Source: Eledone cirrhosa
Lineage: Eukaryota
Reading direction: 5' to 3'
Length of the DNA stretch: 64,000 bases
NCBI GenBank assembly: GCA_964016885.1
Contig: OZ024754.1
Span: 19,406,001 to 19,470,000, forward strand
Shown: positions 10,980-26,600 of the stretch, piece by piece
How positions within the stretch are numbered: position 1 is the stretch's first letter
How the letters are laid out: every line of letters starts with the position of its first letter
Made by a program: the position numbers and the translations under genes
Notes under the pieces: generated by a model
Told to the model about the DNA's origin: nothing
The model's input: only the letters and a program-made list of their open reading frames with translations
Databases searched by the model: none

Positions 10980-13900
10980 ACACAGTCCCAGATCAAGTCA
11001 CTTTCCAGGCATGTACAACTGTGGCTGAAATGACTCTTCCATGATATAGTTACTTTAGTTTCAACACAATCTCAGATCATGTCACTTGCCAGACATGTAC
11101 AACTCTGGCTAAAATAACTCTTCCATGATATAGTTACTTTAGTTTCAACACAGTCCCAGATCAAGTCACTTTCCAGGCATGTACAACTGTGGCTGAAATG
11201 ACTCTTCCATGATATAGTTACTTTAGTTTCAACACAGTCACAGATCAAGTCACTTGCCAGACATGTACAAGTTTAGCTAAAATGACTCTTCAATGATATA
11301 TTACTTTAGTTTCAACACAACCTCAGATCATGTCACTTGCCAGACATCTACAACTGTGGCTAAAATGAGACTACCATGATATAGTTACTTTAGTTTCAAC
11401 ACAGTCACAGATCAAGTCACTTGCCAGACATGTACAACTGTGGCTAAAATGACTCTTCCATGATATAGTTACTTTAGTTTCAACACAGTCTTAGATCAAG
11501 TCACTTACCAGACATGTACAACTGTGGCTAAAATGACTCTTCCATGATATAGTTACTTTAGTTTCAACACAATCTTAGATCAAGTCACTTGCCAGACATG
11601 TACAACTGTGGCTAAAATGACTCTTCCATGATATAGTTACTTTAGTTTCAACACAGTCTCAGATCAAGTCACTTGCCAGACATGTACAACTGTGGCTAAA
11701 ATGACTCTTTCATGATATAGTCACTTTAGTTTCAACACAGTCTTAGATCAGGTCACTTGACAGACATGTACAACTGTGGCTAAAATAACTCTTCCATGAT
11801 ATAGTTACTTTAGTTTCAACACAGCCTCAGATAAAGTCACTTGCCAGACATGTACAACTGTGGCTAAAATGACTCTTCCATGATATAGTTACTTTAGTTT
11901 CAACACAGTCTCAGATCAAGTCACTTGCTAGACATGTGCAACTGTGGCTAAAATGAATCTTCCATGATATAGTTACTTTAGTTTCAATACAGTCTCGAAT
12001 CATGTCACTTGCCAGACATGTACAACTGTGGCTAAATTGACTCTTCCATGATATAGTTACTTTAGTTTCAACACAATCTTAGATCAAGTCACTTACCAGA
12101 CATATACAACTGTGGCTAAAATGACTCTTCCATGTTATAGTTACTTTAGTTTCAACACAATCTTAGATCAAGTCACTTACCAGACATGTACAACTGTGGC
12201 TAAAATGACTCTTTCATGATATAGTTACTTTAGTTTCAACACATTCACAGATCAAGTCATTTGCCAGACATGTACAACTGTATCTAAAATGACTCTTCCA
12301 TGATATAGTTACTTTAGTTTCAACACAGTCACAGATCAAGACACTTACCAGACATGTACAACTGTAGCTAAAATGACTCTTCCATGATATAGTTACTTTA
12401 GTTTCAACACAGTCTCAGATCAAGTGACTTGCCAGACATGTACAACTGTGGCTAAAATGACACTACCATGATATAGTTACTTTAGTTTCAACACAATCTC
12501 AGATCAAGCCACTTGCCAGACATGTACAACTGTAGCTAAAATGAATCTTCCATGATATAGTACTTTAGTTTCAACACAGTCTCAGATCAAGTCACTTGCC
12601 AGACATGTATAACTGTGGCTAAAATGAATCTTCCATGATATAGTTACTTTAGTTTCAACACAATCTCAGATCAAGTCACTTGCCAGACATGTACAACTGT
12701 GTCTAAAATGATTCTTCCATGATATAGTTACTTTAGTTTCAACACAGTCTCAGATCAATTCACTTACCAGACATGTACAACTGTAGCTAAAATGAATCTT
12801 CCATGATATAGTACTTTAGTTTCAACACAGTCTCAGATCAAGTCACTTGCCAGACATGTACAACTGTGGCTAAAATGACTCTTCCATTATATAGTTACAT
12901 TACTTTCAACACAGTCACAGATCAAGTCACTTTCCAGGCATGTACAACTGTGGCTGAAATGACTCTTCCATTATATAGTTACTTTAGTTTCAACACAATC
13001 CCAGATCAAGTCACTTGCCACACATATACAACTGTGGCTAAAATGACTCTTCCATGATATAGTTACTTTAGTTTCAACACAATCTTAGATCAAGTCACTT
13101 ACCAGACATGTACAACTGTGGCTAAAATGACTCTTCCATGATATAGTTACTTTAGTTTCAACACAATCTCAGATCATGTCACTTGCCAGACATGTACAAC
13201 TGTAGCTAAAATAACTCTTCCATGATATAGTTACTTTAGTTTCAACACAGTCCCAGATCAAGTCACTTTCCAGGCATGTACAACTGTGGCTGAAATGACT
13301 CTTCCATGATATAGTTACTTTAGTTTCAACACAATCTCAGATCATGTCACTTGCCAGACATGTACAACTCTGGCTAAAATAACTCTTCCATGATATAGTT
13401 ACTTTAGTTTCAACACAGTCCCAGATCAAGTCACTTTCCAGGCATGTACAACTGTGGCTGAAATGACTCTTCCATGATATAGTTACTTTAGTTTCAACAC
13501 AGTCACAGATCAAGTCACTTGCCAGACATGTACAAGTTTAGCTAAAATGACTCTTCAATGATATATTACTTTAGTTTCAACACAACCTCAGATCATGTCA
13601 CTTGCCAGACATCTACAACTGTGGCTAAAATGAGACTACCATGATATAGTTACTTTAGTTTCAACACAGTCACAGATCAAGTCACTTGCCAGACATGTAC
13701 AACTGTGGCTAAAATGACTCTTCCATGATATAGTTACTTTAGTTTCAACACAGTCTTAGATCAAGTCACTTACCAGACATGTACAACTGTGGCTAAAATG
13801 ACTCTTCCATGATATAGTTACTTTAGTTTCAACACAATCTTAGATCAAGTCACTTGCCAGACATGTACAACTGTGGCTAAAATGACTCTTCCATGATATA

Positions 13901-16900
13901 GTTACTTTAGTTTCAACACAGTCTCAGATCAAGTCACTTGCCAGACATGTACAACTGTGGCTAAAATGACTCTTTCATGATATAGTCACTTTAGTTTCAA
14001 CACAGTCTTAGATCAGGTCACTTGACAGACATGTACAACTGTGGCTAAAATAACTCTTCCATGATATAGTTACTTTAGTTTCAACACAGCCTCAGATAAA
14101 GTCACTTGCCAGACATGTACAACTGTGGCTAAAATGACTCTTCCATGATATAGTTACTTTAGTTTCAACACAGTCTCAGATCAAGTCACTTGCTAGACAT
14201 GTGCAACTGTGGCTAAAATGAATCTTCCATGATATAGTTACTTTAGTTTCAATACAGTCTCGAATCATGTCACTTGCCAGACATGTACAACTGTGGCTAA
14301 ATTGACTCTTCCATGATATAGTTACTTTAGTTTCAACACAATCTTAGATCAAGTCACTTACCAGACATATACAACTGTGGCTAAAATGACTCTTCCATGT
14401 TATAGTTACTTTAGTTTCAACACAATCTTAGATCAAGTCACTTACCAGACATGTACAACTGTGGCTAAAATGACTCTTTCATGATATAGTTACTTTAGTT
14501 TCAACACATTCACAGATCAAGTCATTTGCCAGACATGTACAACTGTATCTAAAATGACTCTTCCATGATATAGTTACTTTAGTTTCAACACAGTCACAGA
14601 TCAAGACACTTACCAGACATGTACAACTGTAGCTAAAATGACTCTTCCATGATATAGTTACTTTAGTTTCAACACAGTCTCAGATCAAGTGACTTGCCAG
14701 ACATGTACAACTGTGGCTAAAATGACACTACCATGATATAGTTACTTTAGTTTCAACACAATCTCAGATCAAGCCACTTGCCAGACATGTACAACTGTAG
14801 CTAAAATGAATCTTCCATGATATAGTACTTTAGTTTCAACACAGTCTCAGATCAAGTCACTTGCCAGACATGTATAACTGTGGCTAAAATGAATCTTCCA
14901 TGATATAGTTACTTTAGTTTCAACACAATCTCAGATCAAGTCACTTGCCAGACATGTACAACTGTGTCTAAAATGATTCTTCCATGATATAGTTACTTTA
15001 GTTTCAACACAGTCTCAGATCAATTCACTTACCAGACATGTACAACTGTAGCTAAAATGAATCTTCCATGATATAGTACTTTAGTTTCAACACAGTCTCA
15101 GATCAAGTCACTTGCCAGACATGTACAACTGTGGCTAAAATGACTCTTCCATTATATAGTTACATTACTTTCAACACAGTCACAGATCAAGTCACTTTCC
15201 AGGCATGTACAACTGTGGCTGAAATGACTCTTCCATTATATAGTTACTTTAGTTTCAACACAATCCCAGATCAAGTCACTTGCCACACATATACAACTGT
15301 GGCTAAAATGACTCTTCCATGATATAGTTACTTTAGTTTCAACACAATCTTAGATCAAGTCACTTACCAGACATGTACAACTGTGGCTAAAATGACTCTT
15401 CCATGATATAGTTACTTTAGTTTCAACACAATCTCAGATCATGTCACTTGCCAGACATGTACAACTGTAGCTAAAATAACTCTTCCATGATATAGTTACT
15501 TTAGTTTCAACACAGTCCCAGATCAAGTCACTTTCCAGGCATGTACAACTGTGGCTGAAATGACTCTTCCATGATATAGTTACTTTAGTTTCAACACAAT
15601 CTCAGATCATGTCACTTGCCAGACATGTACAACTCTGGCTAAAATAACTCTTCCATGATATAGTTACTTTAGTTTCAACACAGTCCCAGATCAAGTCACT
15701 TTCCAGGCATGTACAACTGTGGCTGAAATGACTCTTCCATGATATAGTTACTTTAGTTTCAACACAGTCACAGATCAAGTCACTTGCCAGACATGTACAA
15801 GTTTAGCTAAAATGACTCTTCAATGATATATTACTTTAGTTTCAACACAACCTCAGATCATGTCACTTGCCAGACATCTACAACTGTGGCTAAAATGAGA
15901 CTACCATGATATAGTTACTTTAGTTTCAACACAGTCACAGATCAAGTCACTTGCCAGACATGTACAACTGTGGCTAAAATGACTCTTCCATGATATAGTT
16001 ACTTTAGTTTCAACACAGACTTAGATCAAGTCACTTACCAGACATGTACAACTGTGGCTAAAATGACTCTTCCATGATATAGTTACTTTAGTTTCAACAC
16101 AATCTTAGATCAAGTCACTTGCCAGACATGTACAACTGTGGCTAAAATGACTCTTCCATGATATAGTTACTTTAGTTTCAACACAGTCTCAGATCAAGTC
16201 ACTTGCCAGACATGTACAACTGTGGCTAAAATGACTCTTCCATGATATAGTTACTTTAGTTTCAACACAATCTTAGATCAAGTCACTTACCAGACATGTA
16301 CAACTGTGGCTAAAATGACTCTTTCATGATATAGTTACATTACTTTCAACACAGTCACAGATCAAGTCACTTTCCAGGCATGTACAACTGTGGCTGAAAT
16401 GACTCTTCCATTATATAGTTACTTTAGTTTCAACACGGTCTCAGATCAAGTCACTTGCCAGACATGTACAACTGTGGCTAAAATGACTCTTCCATGATAT
16501 AGTTACTTTAGTTTCAACACAATCTCAGATCAAGTCACTTGCCAGACATTTACAACTGTGGCCAAAATGACTCTTCCATGATATAGTTACTTTAGTTTCA
16601 ACACAGTCTCAGATCAAGTTACTTGCCAGACTTGTACAACTGTGGCTAAAATGAATCTTCCATGATATAGTTACTTTAGTTTCAATACAGTCTCGAATCA
16701 AGTCACTTGCCAGACATGTACAACTGTGGCTAAAATGACTCTTCCATGATATAGTTACTTTAGTTTCAACACAATCTCAGATCATGTCACTTGCTAGACA
16801 TGTACAACTCTGGCTAAAATAACTCTTCCATGATATAGTTACTTTAGTTTCAACACAGTCCCAGATCAAGTCACTTTCCAGGCATGTACAACTGTGGCTG

Positions 16901-19900
16901 AAATGACTCTTCCATGATATAGTTACTTTAGTTTCAACACAATCTCAGATCATGTCACTTGCCAGACATGTACAACTCTGGCTAAAATAACTCTTCCATG
17001 ATATAGTTACTTTAGTTTCAACACAGTCCCAGATCAAGTCACTTTCCAGGCATGTACAACTGTGGCTGAAATGACTCTTCCATGATATAGTTACTTTAGT
17101 TTCAACACAGTCACAGATCAAGTCACTTGCCAGACATGTACAAGTTTAGCTAAAATGACTCTTCAATGATATATTACTTTAGTTTCAACACAACCTCAGA
17201 TCATGTCACTTGCCAGACATCTACAACTGTGGCTAAAATGAGACTACCATGATATAGTTACTTTAGTTTCAACACAGTCACAGATCAAGTCACTTGCCAG
17301 ACATGTACAACTGTGGCTAAAATGACTCTTCCATGATATAGTTACTTTAGTTTCAACACAGTCTTAGATCAAGTCACTTACCAGACATGTACAACTGTGG
17401 CTAAAATGACTCTTCCATGATATAGTTACTTTAGTTTCAACACAATCTTAGATCAAGTCACTTGCCAGACATGTACAACTGTGGCTAAAATGACTCTTCC
17501 ATGATATAGTTACTTTAGTTTCAACACAGTCTCAGATCAAGTCACTTGCCAGACATGTACAACTGTGGCTAAAATGACTCTTTCATGATATAGTCACTTT
17601 AGTTTCAACACAGTCTTAGATCAGGTCACTTGACAGACATGTACAACTGTGGCTAAAATAACTCTTCCATGATATAGTTACTTTAGTTTCAACACAGCCT
17701 CAGATAAAGTCACTTGCCAGACATGTACAACTGTGGCTAAAATGACTCTTCCATGATATAGTTACTTTAGTTTCAACACAGTCTCAGATCAAGTCACTTG
17801 CTAGACATGTGCAACTGTGGCTAAAATGAATCTTCCATGATATAGTTACTTTAGTTTCAATACAGTCTCGAATCATGTCACTTGCCAGACATGTACAACT
17901 GTGGCTAAATTGACTCTTCCATGATATAGTTACTTTAGTTTCAACACAATCTTAGATCAAGTCACTTACCAGACATATACAACTGTGGCTAAAATGACTC
18001 TTCCATGATATAGTTACTTTAGTTTCAACACAATCTTAGATCAAGTCACTTACCAGACATGTACAACTGTGGCTAAAATGACTCTTTCATGATATAGTTA
18101 CTTTAGTTTCAACACATTCACAGATCAAGTCATTTGCCAGACATGTACAACTGTATCTAAAATGACTCTTCCATGATATAGTTACTTTAGTTTCAACACA
18201 TTCACAGATCAAGACACTTACCAGACATGTACAACTGTAGCTAAAATGACTCTTCCATGATATAGTTACTTTAGTTTCAACACAGTCTCAGATCAAGTGA
18301 CTTGCCAGACATGTACAACTGTGGCTAAAATGACACTACCATGATATAGTTACTTTAGTTTCAACACAATCTCAGATCAAGCCACTTGCCAGACATGTAC
18401 AACTGTAGCTAAAATGAATCTTCCATGATATAGTACTTTAGTTTCAACACAGTCTCAGATCAAGTCACTTGCCAGACATGTATAACTGTGGCTAAAATGA
18501 ATCTTCCATGATATAGTTACTTTAGTTTCAACACAATCTCAGATCAAGTCACTTGCCAGACATGTACAACTGTGTCTAAAATGATTCTTCCATGATATAG
18601 TTACTTTAGTTTCAACACAGTCTCAGATCAAGTCACTTACCAGACATGTACAACTGTAGCTAAAATGAATCTTCCATGATATAGTACTTTAGTTTCAACA
18701 CAGTCTCAGATCAAGTCACTTGCCAGACATGTACAACTGTGGCTAAAATGACTCTTCCATTATATAGTTACATTACTTTCAACACAGTCACAGATCAAGT
18801 CACTTTCCAGGCATGTACAACTGTGGCTGAAATGACTCTTCCATTATATAGTTACTTTAGTTTCAACACAATCCCAGATCAAGTCACTTGCCACACATAT
18901 ACAACTGTGGCTAAAATGACTCTTCCATGATATAGTTACTTTAGTTTCAACACAATCTTAGATCAAGTCAATTACCAGACATGTACAACTGTGGCTAAAA
19001 TGACTCTTCCATGATATAGTTACTTTAGTTTCAACACAATCTCAGATCATGTCACTTGCCAGACATGTACAACTCTGGCTAAAATAACTCTTCCATGATA
19101 TAGTTACTTTAGTTTCAACACAGTCCCAGATCAAGTCACTTTCCAGGCATGTACAACTGTGGCTGAAATGACTCTTCCATGATATAGTTACTTTAGTTTC
19201 AACACAATCTCAGATCATGTCACTTGCCAGACATGTACAACTCTGGCTAAAATAACTCTTCCATGATATAGTTACTTTAGTTTCAACACAGTCTTAGATC
19301 AAGTCACTTTCCAGGCATGTACAACTGTGGCTGAAATGACTCTTCCATGATATAGTTACTTTAGTTTCAACACAGTCACAGATCAAGTCACTTGCCAGAC
19401 ATGTACAAGTTTAGCTAAAATGACTCTTCAATGATATATTACTTTAGTTTCAACACAACCTCAGATCATGTCACTTGCCAGACATCTACAACTGTGGCTA
19501 AAATGAGACTACCATGATATAGTTACTTTAGTTTCAACACAGTCACAGATCAAGTCACTTGCCAGACATGTACAACTGTGGCTAAAATGACTCTTCCATG
19601 ATATAGTTACTTTAGTTTCAACACAGACTTAGATCAAGTCACTTACCAGACATGTACAACTGTGGCTAAAATGACTCTTCCATGATATAGTTACTTTAGT
19701 TTCAACACAATCTTAGATCAAGTCACTTGCCAGACATGTACAACTGTGGCTAAAATGACTCTTCCATGATATAGTTACTTTAGTTTCAACACAGTCTCAG
19801 ATAAAGTCACTTGCCAGACATGTACAACTGTGGCTAAAATGATTCTTTCATGATATAGTCACTTTAGATTCAACACAGTCTTAGATCAGGTCACTTGACG

Positions 19901-20800
19901 GACATGTACAACTGTGGCTAAAATAACTCTTCCATGATATAGTTACTTTAGTTTCAACACAGCCTCAGATAAAGCCACTTGCCAGACATGTACAACTGTG
20001 GCTAAAATGACTCTTCCATGATATAGTTACTTTAGTTTCAACACAGTCTCAGATCAAGTCACTTGCTAGACATGTGCAACTGTGGCTAAAATGAATCTTC
20101 CATGATATAGTTACTTTAGTTTCAATACAGTCTCGAATCAAGTCACTTGCCAGACATGTACAACTGTGGCTAAATTGACTCTTCCATGATATAGTTACTT
20201 TAGTTTCAACACAATCTTAGATCAAGTCACTTACCAGACATGTACAACTGTGGCTAAAATGACTCTTTCATGATATAGTTACTTTAGTTTCAACACATTC
20301 ACAGATCAAGTCATTTGCCAGACATGTACAACTGTATCTAAAATGACTCTTCCATGATATAGTTACTTTAGTTTCAACACAGTCACAGATCAAGACACTT
20401 ACCAGACATGTACAACTGTAGCTAAAATGACTCTTCCATGATATAGTTACTTTAGTTTCAACACAGTCTCAGATCAAGTGACTTGCCAGACATGTACAAC
20501 TGTGGCTAAAATGACACTACCATGATATAGTTACTTTAGTTTCAACACAATCTCAGATCAAGCCACTTGCCAGACATGTACAACTGTAGCTAAAATGAAT
20601 CTTCCATGATATAGTACTTTAGTTTCAACACAGTCTCAGATCAAGTCACTTGCCAGACATGTATAACTGTGGCTAAAATGAATCTTCCATGATATAGTTA
20701 CTTTAGTTTCAACACAATCTCAGATCAAGTCACTTGCCAGACATGTACAACTGTGTCTAAAATGATTCTTCCATGATATAGTTACTTTAGTTTCAACACA
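10980..20800. repeat. Local 27-monomer higher-order repeat (2265 bp), about four copies with one 16-monomer phase shift
   Basis: CAATGATATATTAC at 11291, 13556, 15821, 17164, 19429 (spacings 2265, 2265, 1343, 2265); CATGTTATAG 12131/14396; AAGCCAC 12506/14771; ORF starts 12866/15131. Confidence 0.9.
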
Positions 20801-23645
20801 GTCTCAGATCAAGTCACTTGCCAGACATGTATAACTGTGGCTAAAATGACCTTTCCATGATATAGTTACTTTAGTTTCAACACAGTCTTAGATCACGTCA
20901 CTTGCCAGACATGTAGAACTGTGACTAAAATGACTCTTCCATGATATAGTTACTTTAGTTTAAACACAGTCTCAGATCAAGTCACTTGCCAGACATGTAC
21001 AACTGTGGCTAAAATGACTGTTCCATTATATAGTTACTTTAGTTTCAACACAATCTCAGATCAAGTCACTTTCAAGGCATGTACAACTGTGGCTGAAATG
21101 ACTCTTCCATTATATAGTTACATTACTTTCAACACAGTCACAGATCAAGTCACTTTCCAGGCATGTACAACTGTGGCTGAAATGACTCTTCCATTATATA
21201 GTTACTTTAGTTTCAACACAATCCCAGATCAAGTCACTTGCCACACATATACAACTGTGGCTAAAATGACTCTTCCATGATATAGTTACTTTAGTTTCAA
21301 CACAATCTTAGATCAAGTCACTTACCAGACATGTACAACTGTGGCTAAAATGACTCTTTCATGATATAGTTACTTTAGTTTCAACACATTCACAGATCAA
21401 GTCACTTGCCAGACATGTACAACTGTATCTAAAATAACTCTTCCATGATATAGTTACTTTAGTTTCAACACAGTCACAGATCAAGACACTTACCAGACAT
21501 GTACAACTGTAGCTAAAATGACTCTTCCATGATATAGTTACTTTAGTTTCAACACAGTCTCAGATCAAGTGACTTGCCAGACATGTACAACTGTGGCTAA
21601 AATGACACTACCATGATATAGTTACTTTAGTTTCACACAATCTCAGATCAAGTCACTTGCCAGACATGTACAACTGTAGCTAAAATGAATCTTCCATGAT
21701 ATAGTACTTTAGTTTCAACACAGTCTCAGATCAAGTCACTTGCCAGACATGTATAACTGTGGCTAAAATGAATCTTCCATGATATAGTTACTTTAGTTTC
21801 AACACAATCTCAGATCAAGTCACTTGCCAGACATGTACAACTGTGTCTAAAATGATTCTTCCATGATATAGTTACTTTAGTTTCAACACAGTCTCAGATC
21901 AATTCACTTACCAGACATGTACAGCTGTAGCTAAAATGAATCTTCCATGATATAGTTACTTTAGTTTCAACACAGTCTCAGATCAAGTGACTTGCCAGAC
22001 ATGTACAACTGTGGCTAAAATGACACTACCATGATATAGTTACTTTAGTTTCAACACAATCTCAGATCAAGTCACTTGCCAGACATGTACAACTGTAGCT
22101 AAAATGAATCTTCCATGATATAGTACTTTAGTTTCAACACAGTCTCAGATCAAGTCACTTGCCAGACATGTATAACTGTGGCTGAAATGACTCTTCCATT
22201 ATATAGTTACTTTAGTTTCAACACGATCCCAGATCAAGTCACTTGCCAGACATATGCAACTGTGGCTAAAATGACTCTTCCATGATATAGTTACTTTAGT
22301 TTCAACACAGTCACAGATAAAGACACTTACCAGACATGTACAACTGTAGCTAAAATGACTCTTCCATGATATAGTTACTTTAGTTTCAACACAGTCTCAG
22401 ATCAAGTGACTTGCCAGACATGTACAACTGTGGCTAAAATGACACTACCATGATATAGTTACTTTAGTTTCAACACAATCTCAGATCAAGTCACTTGCCA
22501 GACATGTACAACTGTAGCTAAAATGAATGTTCCATGATATAGTACTTTAGTTTCAACACAGTCTCAGATCAAGTCACTTGCCAGACATGTATAACTGTGG
22601 CTAAAATGAATCTTCCATGATATAGTTACTTTAGTTTCAACACAATCTCAGATCAAGTCACTTGCCAGACATGTACAACTGTGTCTAAAATGATTCTTCC
22701 ATGATATAGTTACTTTAGTTTCAACACAGTCTCAGATCAATTCACTTACCAGACATGTACAACTGTAGCTAAAATGAATCTTCCATGATATAGTACTTTA
22801 GTTTCAACACAGTCTCAGATCAAGTCACTTGCCAGACATGTACAACTGTGGCTAAATTGACTCTTCCATGATATAGTTACTTTAGTTTCAACACAGTCTT
22901 AGATCACGTCACTTGCCAGCCATGTAGAACTGTGACTAAAATGACTCTTCCATGATATAGTTACTTTAGTTTAAACACAGTCTCAGATCAAGTCACTTGC
23001 CAGACATGTACAACTGTGGCTAAAATGACTCTTCCATTATATAGTTACTTTAGTTTCAACACAATCTCAGATCAAATCACTTTCAAGGCATGTACAACTG
23101 TGGCTGAAATGACTCTTCCATTATATAGTTACATTACTTTCAACACAGTCACAGATCAAGTCACTTTCCAGGCATGTACAACTCTGGCTGAAATGACTCT
23201 TCCATTATATAGTTACTTTAGTTTCAACACGGTCTCAGATCAAGTCACTTGCCAGACATGTACAACTGTGGCTAAAATGACTCTTCCATGATATAGTTAC
23301 TTTAGTTTCAACACAATTTCAGATCAAGTCACTTGCCAGACATTTACAACTGTGGCCAAAATGACTCTTCCATGATATAGTTACTTTAGTTTCAACACAG
23401 TCTCAGATCAAGTTACTTGCCAGACATGTACAACTGTGGCTAAAATGAATCGTCCATGATATAGTTACTTTAGTTTCAATACAGTCTCGAATCAAGTCAC
23501 TTGCCAGACATGTACAAATGTGGCTAAAATGACTCTTCCATGATATAGTTACTTTAGTTTCAACACAATCTCAGATCATGTCACTTGCCAGACATGTACA
23601 ACTCTGGCTAAAATAACTCTTCCATGATATAGTTACTTTAGTTTC

Positions 23646-26600
23646 AACACAGTCCCAGATCAAGTCACTTTCCAGGCATGTACAACTGTGGCTGAAATGA
23701 CTCTTCCATGATATAGTTACTTTAGTTTCAACACAGTCACAGATCAAGTCACTTGCCAGACATGTACAAGTTTAGCTAAAATGACTCTTCAATGATATAG
23801 TTACTTTAGTTTCAACACAATCTCAGATCAAGTCACTTGCCAGACATGTACAACTGTGGCTAAAATGAGACTGCCATGATATAGTTACTTTAGTTTCAAC
23901 ACAGTCACAGATCAAGTCACTTGCCAGACATGTACAACTGTGGCTAAAATGACTCTTCCATGATATAGTTACTTTAGTTTCAACACAGTCTTAGATCAAG
24001 TCACTTACCAGACATGTACAACTGTCGCTAAAATGACTCTTCCATGATATAGTTACTTTAGTTTCAACACAATCTTAGATCAAGTCACTTGCCAGACATG
24101 TACAACTGTGGCTAAAATGACTCTTCCACGATATAGTTACTTTAGTTTCAACACAGTCTCAGATCAAGTCACTTGCCAGACATGTACAACTGTGGCTAAA
24201 ATGACTCTTCCATGATATAGTCACTTTAGTTTCAACACAGTCTTAGATCAGGTCACTTGACAGACATGTACAACTGTGGCTAAAATAACTCTTCCATGAT
24301 ATAGTTACTTTAGTTTCAACACAGCCTCAGATAAAGTCACTTGCCAGACATGTACAACTGTGGCTAAAATGACTCTTCCATGATATAGTTACTTTAGTTT
24401 CAACACAGTCTCAGATCAAGTCACTTGCTAGACATGTGCAACTGTGGCTAAAATGAATCTTCCATGATATAGTTACTTTAGTTTCAATACAGTCTCGAAT
24501 CAAGTCACTTGCCAGACATGTACAACTGTGGCTAAATTGACTCTTCCATGATATAGTTACTTTAGTTTCAACACAATCTTAGATCAAGTCACTTACCAGA
24601 CATATACAACTGTGGCTAAAATGACTCTTCCATGATATAGTTACTTTAGTTTCAACACAATCTTAGATGAAGTCACTTACCAGACATGTACAACTGTGGC
24701 TAAAATGACTCTTTCATGATATAGTTACTTTAGTTTCAACACATTCACAGATCAAGTCACTTGCCAGACATGTACAACTGTATCTAAAATGACTCTTGCA
24801 TGATATAGTTACTTTAGTTTCAACACAGTCACAGATCAAGTCACTTGCCAGACATGTACAACTGTAGCTAAAATGAATCTTCCATGATATAGTACTTCAG
24901 TTTCAACACAGTCTCAGATCAAGTCACTTGCCAGACATGTATAACTGTGGCTAAAATGAATCTTCCATGATATAGTTACTTTAGTTTCAACACAATCTCA
25001 GATCAAGTCACTTGCCAGACATGTACAACTGTGTCTAAAATGATTCTTCCATGATATAGTTACTTTAGTTTCAACACAGTCTCAGATCAATTCACTTACC
25101 AGACATGTACAACTGTAGCTAAAATGAATCTTCCATGATATAGTACTTTAGTTTCAACACAGTCTCAGATCAAGTCACTTGCCAGACATGTACAACTGTG
25201 GCTAAAATGACTCTTCCATGATATAGTTACTTTAGTTTCAACACAGTCTTAGATCACGTCACTTGCCAGACATGTAGAACTGTGACTAAAATGACTCTTC
25301 CATGATATAGTTACTTTAGTTTAAACACAGTCTCAGATCAAGTCACTTGCCAGACATGTACAACTGTGGCTAAAATGACTGTTCCATTATATAGTTACAT
25401 TACTTTCAACACAGTCACAGATCAAGTCACTTTCCAGGCATGTACAACTGTGGCTGAAATGACTCTTCCATTATATAGTTACTTTAGTTTCAACACAATC
25501 CCAGATCAAGTCACTTGCCACACATATACAACTGTGGCTAAAATGACTCTTCCATGATATAGTTACTTTAGTTTCAACACAATCTTAGATCAAGTCACTT
25601 ACCAGACATGTACAACTGTGGCTAAAATGACTCTTTCATGATATAGTTACTTTAGTTTCAACACATTCACAGATGAAGTGACTTGCCAGACATGTACAAC
25701 TGTATCTAAAATGACACTACCATGATATAGTTACTTTAGTTTCAACACAATCTCAGATCAAGTCACTTGCCAGACATGTACAACTGTAGCTAAAATGAAT
25801 CTTCCATGATATAGTTACTTTAGTTTCAACACAGTCTCAGATCAAGTCACTTGCCAGACATGTATAACTGTGGCTGAAATGACTCTTCCATTATATAGTT
25901 ACTTTAGTTTCAACACAATCCCAGATCAAGTCACTTGCCAGACATATGCAACTGTGGCTAAAATGACTCTTCCATGATATAGTTACTTTAGTTTCAACAC
26001 AGTCACAGATAAAGACACTTACCAGACATGTACAACTGTAGCTAAAATGACTCTTCCATGATATAGTTACTTTAGTTTCAACACAGTCTCAGATCAAGTG
26101 ACTTGCCAGACATGTACAACTGTGGCTAAAATGACACTACCATGATATAGTTACTTTAGTTTCAACACAATCTCAGATCAAGTCACTTGCCAGACATGTA
26201 CAACTGTAGCTAAAATGAATCTTCCATGATATAGTACTTTAGTTTCAACACAGTCTCAGATCAAGTCACTTGCCAGACATGTATAACTGTGGCTAAAATA
26301 AATCTTCCATGATATAGTTACTTTAGTTTCAACACAATCTCAGATCAAGTCACTTGCCAGACATGTACAACTGTGTCTAAAATGATTCTTCCACGATATA
26401 GTTACTTTAGTTTCAACACAGTCTCAGATCAATTCACTTACCAGACATGTACAACTGTAGCTAAAATGAATCTTCCATGATATAGTACTTTAGTTTCAAC
26501 ACAGTCTCAGATCAAGTCACTTGCCAGACATGTACAACTGTGGCTAAAATGACTCTTCCATGATATAGTTACTTTAGTTTCAACACAGTCTTAGATCACG

